Source: Dimorphilus gyrociliatus (taxonomy: Eukaryota; Animalia; Annelida). Taken from it: a stretch of DNA of 64,000 nucleotides. A program made the position numbers and the translations under genes. How positions within the stretch are numbered: the stretch's first letter is position 1; each line of letters opens with the position of its first letter. The stretch covers positions 67,381 to 131,380 of the forward strand of contig CAJFCJ010000039.1 of assembly GCA_904063045.1 (NCBI GenBank), given 5' to 3'. Below, in pieces: positions 48,483 through 59,700 of the stretch. The notes below the pieces were generated by a model. The model worked only from the letters and a program-made list of their open reading frames with translations. It did no database searches and had not been told where the DNA came from.

Positions 48483-50542
48483 ATGGTGAAAACTTTAATA
48501 GATTTTTGCTATCAGACTATTGCATTTTCTGTGGCTGATCTGGGATGTCTGCTTGACGATTTACCACCATCTTATCGAGAAGCATTAATATACCGTATTT
48601 TCGCTCACGACTTGATTTTCTCTCAAAACTGGGCAGTTATTAAGAAATATGTAATTAAATCGTGTAACATTAGAACACTAAACATTTACAATAGTTATGA
48701 ATTGAACGATTCTCACCTAAAAACAATTGGACAGGAAACTAATAATTTGGTAAAATTTGAGCTAAACTCTTGTTCATTGATTACAGATGAAGGCCTACTG
48801 AGGTAAATGATTAATAGTTTATTAATTACCGTGTTTTATATAGAGTGAAGTGAAGAAATGAACAATTAATTAAATGCTACTTAAATAGAGCTTTATAAAC
48901 TTTATAGTAAATACAAATATATAAATTTACATTTCTTTGAAGTTTACTGGAAAATCAGAGTGGACTGGAGGAGATCAGATTAAAGAAACTGCAAAAATTA
49001 ACATCAAAAGCCTTCCGATTCCATTCGCCGAAATTAAAATTAATAAAACTACGTAAATTAAAGAATTTGCAATCTGATGAAATTCTATTAAACTTTTTCC
49101 GACGTCATACAACGATTGAAGAGATCAAATTAGAAGACAATATAGGAGTAAAGGAGGATGTGATTGAAACCATAGCCAAATCCAGTAATGAAAATTTGGT
49201 AAGAAATCGTATATAAAAAGTAAAAGCCATCAAGTTTTTCTTGTTTTTCTTTTAATGCCTTTCTTTCTTTCTTTCTTTTTTATCCTTATCTTTAGAAAAT
49301 AATTGACGTATCCGGTAGTTCTATGATGACAAATCTTTCATTAAATATTATTGGAGAGAACTGCCCTAATTTACAGACTCTTGGCTTGTTTGGATGTAAT
49401 AAAGTTGATGGAACTTCTCTAGTTTGCCTTAAGGAGGGATGCCCTAATTTAAAAAATTTAGAGCTATCCTTCATCAGTAAACTATCCAATGCGATTAGTT
49501 ATCCCGCCTTAATGAACCTACCTGATTTATCTTCGATATCTTTAAATGGAATAAGCTTGGAATCGGAAGATATTCTTTGCAGAACAATTTGCCGCCTTAA
49601 GAATTTGAAAGAGTTAAAGTTGCGAGGAGTAACATCGTTAAACGATGCAACCCTTTCGAAAATCATTGAAGAAGTTGGAGAAAATTTAGAAGTGTTGGAC
49701 ATAAGTCACGATATGGTTAAGAATATAACCGACGATTCTTTAAAGAAGATCTCGGAACATTGCACTAAACTACGGAGTATTATGCTAAGTAATATGAAAG
49801 GTATTAATGGGAGAGGTTTAGTGCGACTTTTAAATGATCAAGAGAGGTGCGAGAGGATTACTTGGCTCTTTCTTTCCGGATTATCGGTAAAGAATCTTTA
49901 AATATCCTATTTATTTGCTTAAAAAACCATTCTACTCCATTCCTACACACTCTTTTTACTCTTGAGTAGATTGAGCATAACCTAATTATGGATATATGTT
50001 CGAGGTGCAAAAATTTCAAGGTACTAAGCCTATCGGGCGTTACAATAGTAGACGACCAAGTTCTCTTTGCTTTAGCCGACAATTGTCATTCACTAGAAGT
50101 GATGGAACTAAAAGCTTGCAGACTGGTGAGTAAATATCATAATATATTTATCAATAGCTGCTCCTACTTAAAACAATATCATTTTTCATTCTCTTTTCTT
50201 TTCCCACCTCCTACAACTTAATTATAGATTACTGACAAAGGAATTTGCAGTATTGCAGTTGCCAATCCAAATATTCAATTTCTAGTCCTATCCGGCATCC
50301 ACAATCTAACTGACAAGAGTATATTTGCGTTGGCAAATCATTGCTGTTTCCTCCAAGACTTATTCATAAATGGTTGCGCCAATATTACTGGTCAAGCTGT
50401 CAACTACTTGTTAGACGTTGTTATTAATAGAGTAGCGGTCTACCACGATACTCCAAACGCCCAGCCAGGTCAGCTTTTGGCTCTAAATTTAGATACTGGC
50501 GAATATTGCAGAGCCGACTTATTTGAATTTCCACGCTACTGA
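48483..50542 (+). CDS. Leucine-rich repeat (cysteine-containing/RNI-like, AMN1/Rad7-type) protein with N-terminal BC-box/Cul2-box, 545 aa, 5 exons
   Basis: Exons 48483-48802, 48943-49198, 49296-49886, 49970-50125 and 50228-50542 (1638 nt, GT-AG, in frame). Repeats of the type LxxLxLxxCxxITDxxL (CPNLQTLGLFGC, CPNLKNLEL, ITDDSLKKISEHCTKL, ITDKGICSIA). N-terminal TLIDFCYQTI...LPPSYREAL. Confidence 0.88.
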
Positions 50543-50674
50543 TAATAATGACGTTGTTCGATCGTCTCGTTTTCTTTTTTTACCTTTAAATAAAAATGTT
50601 CAGCACGATTAAAAAACGACTAGTTACAATTAATCAATGATTTTCATTTTAAAACGGCCTTTTTCGATTGCATA

Positions 50675-50688
50675 CCGGTAGATGGCGT
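50675..50688 (+). promoter_or_regulatory. CTCF-like motif just 3' of the LRR gene
   Basis: CCGGTAGATGGCGT. Confidence 0.5.
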
Positions 50689-52539
50689 TAGTCCTCGAGC
50701 CGAAAGGGTGTGAGCAAAGGAGAGAGAAAGAGTTATTAGCACAAATAGAGGGGAAGGGAGGAGATAAAAAAGCACGGAATCGTTTTTCACGTTATTTATA
50801 AGTCTCATTTCTAATTAAAAACTAAATTTATCTTTTTATACCTAATCAATAAAAAAAGAGATGGAAGAGAAGAATGATTGGTTTTTTTCTTCCTTGTTTT
50901 TTATTTTTAAAATAGAAAAGAGAATTTATGTAAAAAGAAACAAAAAGGTTTCGAAGATGATTTTCCTCCTCCAGCCAAAAAAAAGCATAAATAGAAATTG
51001 ATGTTTGTATGAATATTACAGTACGGTGTTGCTGTTTTTTTTTGTTTTCCTTACAGTTTTCTATTTGATGATATATTCAAAGTAATTTAATATAAAAACG
51101 TGAACAACACCTATCTTGTACATACATAAAAAATTACATCATTATTTTTACACTCTGATAAAAAAAGGTTTGGTAATCGATGGATTGTGTTCATTGTTTA
51201 AGGTATATAAAAAACATACATATAAGTTATTTTCATTAAAACTCTTACCTTGTTTAGGACTACATTAGGGATTATTGTTATTATTATTAGTATTAGTTTG
51301 TCTTATTCGTATATTGCTGCTATTTTACAACAGGCGTGTAAACGCGTGTGCTAAAGAGAATTTAGTTGTATTTAATTCAAGTAGTATGTATACTTGATAC
51401 TGACGTTTACATAAAGTATGTATTTTGTACGCTTTTGTAAGCGAATGAGTAGATGAGTGGATGAGTGGATGAGTGAGAGATAGATAGAGAAAGAAATTGC
51501 GTTCGAGTGTGCGAGTGTTTGCGTATAAGCGTTTAACATAGAGTGAATGTATGTATGTATGTGTATACAGTATGTGCATTGGGTTGTTCGTTCCTGTTTG
51601 CAGATATGTACTTCTATACGGTATATGGAATATAAAGTGTTAATTATATGCGCATGTTTGCGTAGAATGCGCTCACCGCGTGCATTCGTCGTCTAATCCA
51701 CTGTTTATATTGAAATGATTTTTTTACCGACACTACAATTATTCGCATTTGTTTGTCTCCTATTTTGTGCATATGGAAAAAGTAATATTAATAAGTTGAA
51801 GACAGTATTTATACAGCTTCTATCTTTCTCTCATTTCTCCTCCTACTCCCCCTCCCCCTCCCCCCCTCTACCGTAGACATTTCCTTCTCTCCTCCTACTT
51901 ACGTTTTCTCAACAATTTATTATTATTCTCTCTTGTATTCGACACTCGTCCTAGTAACTTTTTACCCGCAGGCCATATATATCCTTCTTTTAGACTCTTA
52001 AACGTTTCCCAGGGTTCCTAACGTATGGGCGTTGTATGGACAATAGGATAACTTTTACATTGGATTTATGGGTGTATGTTTTTTTTTTCCTAGCGAATAT
52101 AAGCCGACGCGTTCTCGGCGATAATTTATTGTCTACTGGTGAAATGCCGAATAATTCAATCGGAAATACTTGTATACTTCGAAGCGACGAGAATCGTTAG
52201 GTGACGTCAGTGACATTTTAATTAATAGACGCTCCTTACTTAGAACGTTGTATAAGAGTTTAGAGAAAATAATATATGTACGTATGTATGTATGTATGTA
52301 TATATGTGTGTGCGTGCGTGTGTGTGTGTGTGTGATATTATTTGCTTCAGGAATGGAGTTCACTGTGTACACAGAGATTAGGCTTTAAGTGAAAACGGAA
52401 GGAGACAGAGAGAGAAGAGGCGGAGAGAAAAGGAGAAAGAACGAGAGAATAAAGGGGTGGAACAACGATTTGAAGGATAAATAATAAGAGGAAGAGCCGC
52501 ACGAATTCCCTTTTAGAATTTCTTTCAAAAAAATACCAG

Positions 52540-52553
52540 GCGCCACCTGCAGC
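52540..52553 (-). promoter_or_regulatory. CTCF-like motif
   Basis: GCTGCAGGTGGCGC on (-). Confidence 0.5.
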
Positions 52554-55500
52554 TCTGCCAGAAATTCCTTTGCTGGGCTATGTTATATATATAATATACT
52601 ATATTATATTATGTTATATTATATATAAAAATATGTATAGCTGTAAATATATATTCGTATAAATCCTTTCGAATTTTCTCCCCGAATGAGGCGTCATTTC
52701 CGCTCAGTTAGATAATAATTGTTGCGCGACATATACACACAATACATAACGCTTTAACGCCGTACAAGCTCGAAAGTAGGCTTCGGAGCAAGCCGACTGC
52801 ACGCGATCAACCAATTTATTCACCCTAAATAAATAGGGGAAAGGAGTTGTTCATCTAACAACAGCAGCGTCATCGTGTCCGTTAGGGCGTGAAGGGTCGA
52901 AGATTTACTGTTAAAGGGCGAATGATGACCTTTTTATCTCTCGCTCTTATTCTCCATTTCCGTATGGAATTAGACGCCAGTGACGAATGTAAATCGTTAG
53001 ATCAAAAGCGAATGAATTAAATGAAGTATGCGTGAAAGATTTTTGAATTTTTGATATTTTATATTCATTTCTGTCGCATTCCAAACCGAAATGTGGAGAG
53101 AGAGAGAGAGAGAGAAGAGGAAAACTTAGGGAGAAAGCGGGAAAAGTCTCTTTCTTTCTTTTTTTTATGCTTAAACCATTACGGCTTTCTCATTTTCCGA
53201 GAAGTTTTTGGATGAAAAGTTTTTCCTATCACGAAATGTCTGTTTTAGACGTCTCAATATAAAAAAAGCCCATAGTACCGATTAACCCTATCAGAATTGG
53301 CAATTTGCTATATGCTCCTTTGTTTAGTAAGGCTCATAACTTGTCTTTCTCTTCTCTCCCAAGATCATGATCATTTCGGTACGAACTCGTAAATTCTTCA
53401 TTTACGCCGCGTGCCGCTGCATTCTATCTATTTTCTTTCCTAATACCAAATGTTTGCTGTCAATTGGAAAACATAATTATTCGTACGCAAACTAGATAAA
53501 TGTTCCTTGTTATTTTCGGGTCATAATTCAGTAAATCTAAACCGTTTGGACACGTTTAACCTTTTGTTTTTTTGTTTTTTCCTATTATTTCAAAACTTTT
53601 CTATCCAGTTTTTATTCCTTTTTTCTCTTTTTTTTTTGTCTTTTTCCTATTGTTTTTTAACTTTTTGTTGTTGTTGATGTTTATTTTTTCCCAAGACTTT
53701 TGTTTGTTTCTTTTTTTGTAATCCATATTTATCATTAGGCTATTACCTATATATCTTCTTCCTTTTCCTATTCTTTTCTCTCTTTTTTTCTCTCTTCCCC
53801 TCCCCTCCCCTCTCTCTCTCTCTCTACTTTTCTCTATTTCTAGAAAGTAGTTTTTTTACCATTGTTTTTTTTTGCTTTCTAGTTGTAAAAACAGTTCTTT
53901 ACTAGAGTAAAAATTACTAGTGTTGGATTTTTTATTACTTGTACATTTTGTAAGGAAAACAGGAAAAGTGGTAAAAAACTCTCTATATATATATATATAT
54001 ATATATATTTATAACGAGGGCTTTTATTAATGGTTCGATATTATGTATTAATATTTATTTAATAATTTAGTAATTTTATCCTGAAAACGTCTTGTCAGCT
54101 ATATTTTTTATGTAGATTTTTCAAACAAGTGCTCCGTGTCTTTGTTATGTAAGTCAGGTAAGATGCATCGTTTTTTCCCTCTCCTACCTACCTTTCTCTC
54201 TCTCTCTCTCTTCTTTTCTTTTCTTTTTTTTTACTTTTTGTTTAAGCTGCCTATATAGAAAGAGAGCGAAGGAGAGATAAAGAAGGAAATAATGTAATTA
54301 GCGTTCGTATATTATATAGAAAATATCGAATAAATTGGAATAAGGAGAAAGAGAGAGCGAGAGAGAAAACAAAACAGGTGTTGGAAGTGGCGTAACTTTC
54401 ATGCTCTTATATAGTTTTGTAAATTTTATAGCCGGATTGACGGATATAGCATTTCATCATATCATTTGTCATTCGTCGAATTCTGTTTTCCGATAATCTC
54501 TTTTTTCCCGTTAGTGTTTAATATCATTTTCAATTCTGCCAAAACAAAACCTCTCTCTATTTCCTTCTTTCTTTCTTTTCCTTTGCTATAGCATGTGGCT
54601 TTTTATAAATCAACTTTCAATCTATTTTCCATTATAATATTGATTATATTTCAAAGCTATAGCGAATTCGGAATAGAAAATCCAGTAGAATTGGGACGGG
54701 GAGGCAAGAAGAAGAAAACGATAGCCAGTAGGGTGGAAGAGGACGAAGAAGAGGAAACAGTATATAAAGACTAAATACATCAATCAAGTAATAATAAAAA
54801 TGATTTATGTCAATAAAAATATAAGTTATTTTTACAATAGGAAATTTTTCTTTCAATCTATATTTTCCGACGCCTTTGAGCCGACAGTTTCAAGAGTAAA
54901 TCATTCAGCGTACAAATTTTTAAGTAAGAAAGATTGCAAAACTGTTTACAGTTATAAATACAGACAAACTCGTACATGATACAAGAAAATAGAAAGGCAT
55001 ACAAACATGCTTAGAAAACGCACACGCTTGGGCAGTCGTATTTAGCACGATTATGCTCTTCACACCTAAGAAAATATGCATAAGTAGGTGTGTATGTTTT
55101 CGCTATGCATGCATGTGTTTGTGCATTATATGCGCGCGCAGAATTATATATATATATATATATCTTAAGATTCTTTTTTGCTTTCTTTCTTTTCTTTAAT
55201 TATCTCCTTTTCCCTTTGTTTTTCCCTTTTTCACTTTAACGCTATATTTCTAACTATGTCACTTTTTCTCTATTATGTCCCATTGCACTTTTTTTCTTTT
55301 CCCTCTCTCTCCTTCTCTCTCTCTCTCTCTCTCTTTCCCTCTTTTATCAAACCCCAATTCCCTAACATTTCTACGTTTCTTTCAAATTATCTCTAAGCAG
55401 AAAGCTTTAACGAAAATAGGCGATGTCTTTTTTAAATGTAGCAGACTGTTGACGCTAAACAGCCCGAAATATAGCATATAACATTTAACCACAGATAATG

Positions 55501-56751
55501 AAAAATTATACATGTACGTAGGTATATACATACAAATACAGTATATATACATATATATATATACATATATGTATACATATATTATATTTAGTTATAGTAA
55601 TAATTATAAATGTTTAGTAGAGGGCGCTTACTTGTTAAGAAATGTCGCCGACATAGCAGCCGTCACTTACACAAAAGTCATTTACACTTATATGCAAAGT
55701 ATGTATAGAAAGTGAACAAATAACGAAACCTACTATCGTCGAAATTTTTTGTACACGCAAATATAAATACTAGCTGCATGTAGAACAATAAAAGACGAAA
55801 AAATTTTTTATATAATGTATACAGACACTTTCACGCGAATATGGCAAAAAATATCACCGGGCAAAACGTATACATTGTATATGTATAATAGGCATTCTTA
55901 ATAAGACAAACGGTGTTTTGAAAATCAACTTTTGAAAAGAGAGAGAAGAAGAAAAAAAAACAAAAAAACTCCACCTAATTCGTCTTTTGTAATAAATAAG
56001 TCTTTAATGCGTAAAATTTCCGCGAACATAGCACCAAATAACAAAAATGAAAAATAAAGAGAAATATTTCAGCGTATACATATACACAGTCATTTATAAA
56101 TTTACACATAGATGTTTTGATTGGATAGATACGTATATAACTTTGTACATATGTATATATCCATTCGCATTCGTATAAACATATATATATATATATCTAT
56201 ATATACATATAGATACACTAATATATTTACATATATTTACGTATGATCCCGATAAACAGAAAAGTGTGTACCTACATACATACGTTTGCATATCCGTAAA
56301 TGTCTATACATACGCATACACGTAATCTTCAAAAAAAGGAGAAAAAGAGAAAAAAAAAGGAAAAAAAAAAACCAATAGAACCAATATATATGTATATATA
56401 AAGATCTGAATAAATAAGCTATACATACATTATTAAGGAGCTGGTATAGATACAAAAAAAAACTTTTTTCACGTACAAACAAATAATTTTCATTCTTTTT
56501 CTTTTTTTTTACCATATAAACCTTAAACAGAGCAGAATAATAATAATATTAATAATTATGATAATAATGATAATTATAAAAAAAATAGAGAAAAAAAAAA
56601 GAAACAAGGAAAAAAAAATAAATTTTTACTAAGACTATTTTTTGTTTTACATAAATTTTTTTTTCAAAACACCTTTGCTTTTCTTTTCTTTTCAAACGTC
56701 TACAGCGTCCAGAATTAGAACAGCAGTCACGTGATAGCTAAATTGCATAAA

Positions 56752-59700
56752 TTAAACGTAAGGCTGCTGATGGTCCTTTGGACTACTTGAAGTGGATACG
56801 GATGGAAAAAAAGAGTTCTGATTCGAGTACGACTTTATCTGTTGCAGACTAAGAAACGGTGACGATGTCACTGCCGAGTTGTCTGGGCGTCTGTTAGAGG
56901 AAGTTGAACTTGTTGCCGGTGTTGATGTTGAAAATTCACTCGATTGCAGTCCGTTATACTGCGACGGAAGAGGCGGCGGAGGTGGTGGTGGAGCCAGGGA
57001 GGCAAAGGAGGAAATGGGAAGGAAGGCAGAACATTTTATGTCATCTTGATGCGATTGCGTAAGAGAAGTTATCGGTGCCAACGTATGTGGGCCTGGTGGA
57101 GCAAGGTCGAAAATAGACGTGGCAGGATGATGATGCTGCGTTACGGTTGGCGTTTGCTGTTGGCCTGGTTGAATAGGACAATTGCGGTCATAGGCGTGCT
57201 TTTGCATATGTCTAGCCAGATAAGTCTCTTGCGTGTAGCTCTTTCCGCAAACGTGACAAATGTGCGTCTTTAAGTGTTTCGTCTCTGAATGCTTCGGTAT
57301 GTGATCCCTTAACGCCTGTTCGTCGCTGAAGCATTTATAACAGCTGTTGCATCTGTATGGTTTGTCGGTCATATGCGACCGACTATGGGATTGTAAGCTG
57401 CTTAGCTGCGTAAAGGCCTTTCCACAGCTAGGATGAGAACATTTATAAGGTTTCTCTCCTGTGTGAGTACGCATGTGCTGTTGCAGGTGGCAAAGTTGTG
57501 TAAATCGTCTGTCGCAAATCTGTAAAATGTGAAAAAAAAAAAAAAAAAAAAAGCTATAAGTAGGTCAGATTTCATCCTTCTCTATTATTCATCGCCCGAA
57601 CGTTCTTTATAATGAGCAATTAAGCTCGCGTCAATAAGTTGAAAAAGTTGGTTTATCAATTATTGACGACTATGCGATTTTTTATTGTCCCGCAAAAATC
57701 AGTGCAAAACAGCAATTAAAAATATACTTACATTGCAACGATACGGCTTGATTCCGGAATGGATGCGTGCGTGCTGACTTAGATAAGATGAATTGGCGAA
57801 GCACTTGTTGCAGGTTGGGCACTTGTAAGGCTTTGGGTCCTGCTTATGCACTTGTTGGCTATGAACGAGCAGGTCCGATTTGCAGTCGAAAACCTGTTCG
57901 CACATCCGGCAATGATAGGTCTTGGCCGATCTGGACGGTTTCAACGGCTGCGGTACAACTAAGCCTGGCTGCGACATGACGGATGGATGTGGCGGCGGTG
58001 GGCATGGGGGGCAAGTAGAGTCGAAGAGGGCAGACACCTTTGGTGGGGGGTAGTGACTGTTGGTAGCTTGACCGCCGCCCATTGTTGCTACCGGATTGCA
58101 TATGTTGGCGTCGTTGACCTAACAAAACAAGTTAAGTGTATAAATTGTACGTTTAATTTCTTTGACCATTTCCTCTTTTGGTTTGAAAATGAAAAATTTC
58201 ATTCCCTTTCTTTCTCTCGCCCTCACCTTCCCCTCCTGTTAAACATCTCTCTCGCAATGTCTGTCTTTCTTTCTTTCGTTCATTCGTTCGTTCTTTCTCT
58301 CTCACTCACACACTCACTTAAAAAATCTGAAAACCGTCAAACTCGACCTTTGCGTACATATATTTCCCATACATAGAAAAAATTTGACATACAATAATCT
58401 AACGCAACATTCCGAACGCTCGCGGTATGTGGCTCAGGGCGGCGACGGCGTCGTGCATGCCTGCGCTCGTTCAATTCATCGGAATCGAATTCTTCTCCAC
58501 TTCCGATATTCTCCTGGCCCCGACACGCGCGCAAACTTCGATCAGGCGAAAAATTATATTTTACACTTTAAACCTTCCTTTATGAATTGATTTTTTCTCC
58601 TTTTTCTATATGTGCTCTTTCTACATAAATCATACATTTAACATAAAAGCTGACGGCATAAAGAATAAATCATACTCGCACCAGATGGGTGTATACATGT
58701 TATGCTTTTCTTTTCTACCTATACATGCTTATATCTATATATACATTTTAGACTATATACTGTATAATAACGCGCGCATAGCTATGCAAGAGATACGATA
58801 TGAAATTATCTATCCTAAATTGCATAGGAAGAAATTCTTAAATATCTCTTATTTAATCCATACAAAATTATAGTCTTTTTTCTTGTCTTCTTTTTTTACT
58901 TCTCGTTTTTTTTAGTGCTTCGTCGTTTTTTTCTTCTTTTTACTTTTAACGTAATTTATATTTACAGCGAATAGGTTTTGAGTCAAATATACTCGATTAC
59001 TGTAATATAGCCGCGTTCTATAAGTAGTTATAACGATTTATACGGTTTTTCTCTTCATATTTACTCAATTAAGTTTATTATTTTGTTTGTTTATCCTTTT
59101 TTTTTCTTTTTACTGTAAGGCCGACTTGTCGAGCTGCTCTATCTGCTTTATATTTATTTGCCTATTTATATATTAACTACTGTATAAATAAGTATGAGAG
59201 GGTGAGCGACGGGAAAAGGGACTTTAAGAGCATATTAAAATTATCTTCTTTCGTCAATACTGTTTATATAAATAAAAAATGCCAACAATACGATATAGAG
59301 AGACGGTATATTGTCCCAATAATGAAGATAAGAAAGGGATGGGGGCGGTGAAGGACGAGGCAATATAAAATGGAAAAGGCTATGGTAAAATTTCCGAAAA
59401 GATGCTTTTTTAACTAGACTGCAACACGTGCAAAACTCGTTCCGTCTATCACCATCTCTACTTAAAAAAAAAAAAATCGGGTCGCGTTCTAAATTCCGCG
59501 TCGTTTCTTGTCAGATGGTGCGTGAATATTCAGGGCGTTGAGAAAAAAAGCTCCAAGGAAAAGAGCGCGCGCGCGCGCGTTCGCTCGCTTTGAACAGCGT
59601 ATACACCTGAAAAAAAATCCACTCACCCAATAGTCGTACTGGTACATTCCGCGTTCCATGTAAAAATGCAAAACAACAATGGGTACGCGACAAACACACA

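Noticed and set aside
54657-54774. Protein-like (+) segment YSEFGIENPVELGRGGKKKKTIASRVEEDEEEETVYKD*
   Set aside because: Purine-rich low-complexity DNA; no credible upstream exon chain or homology recognised.
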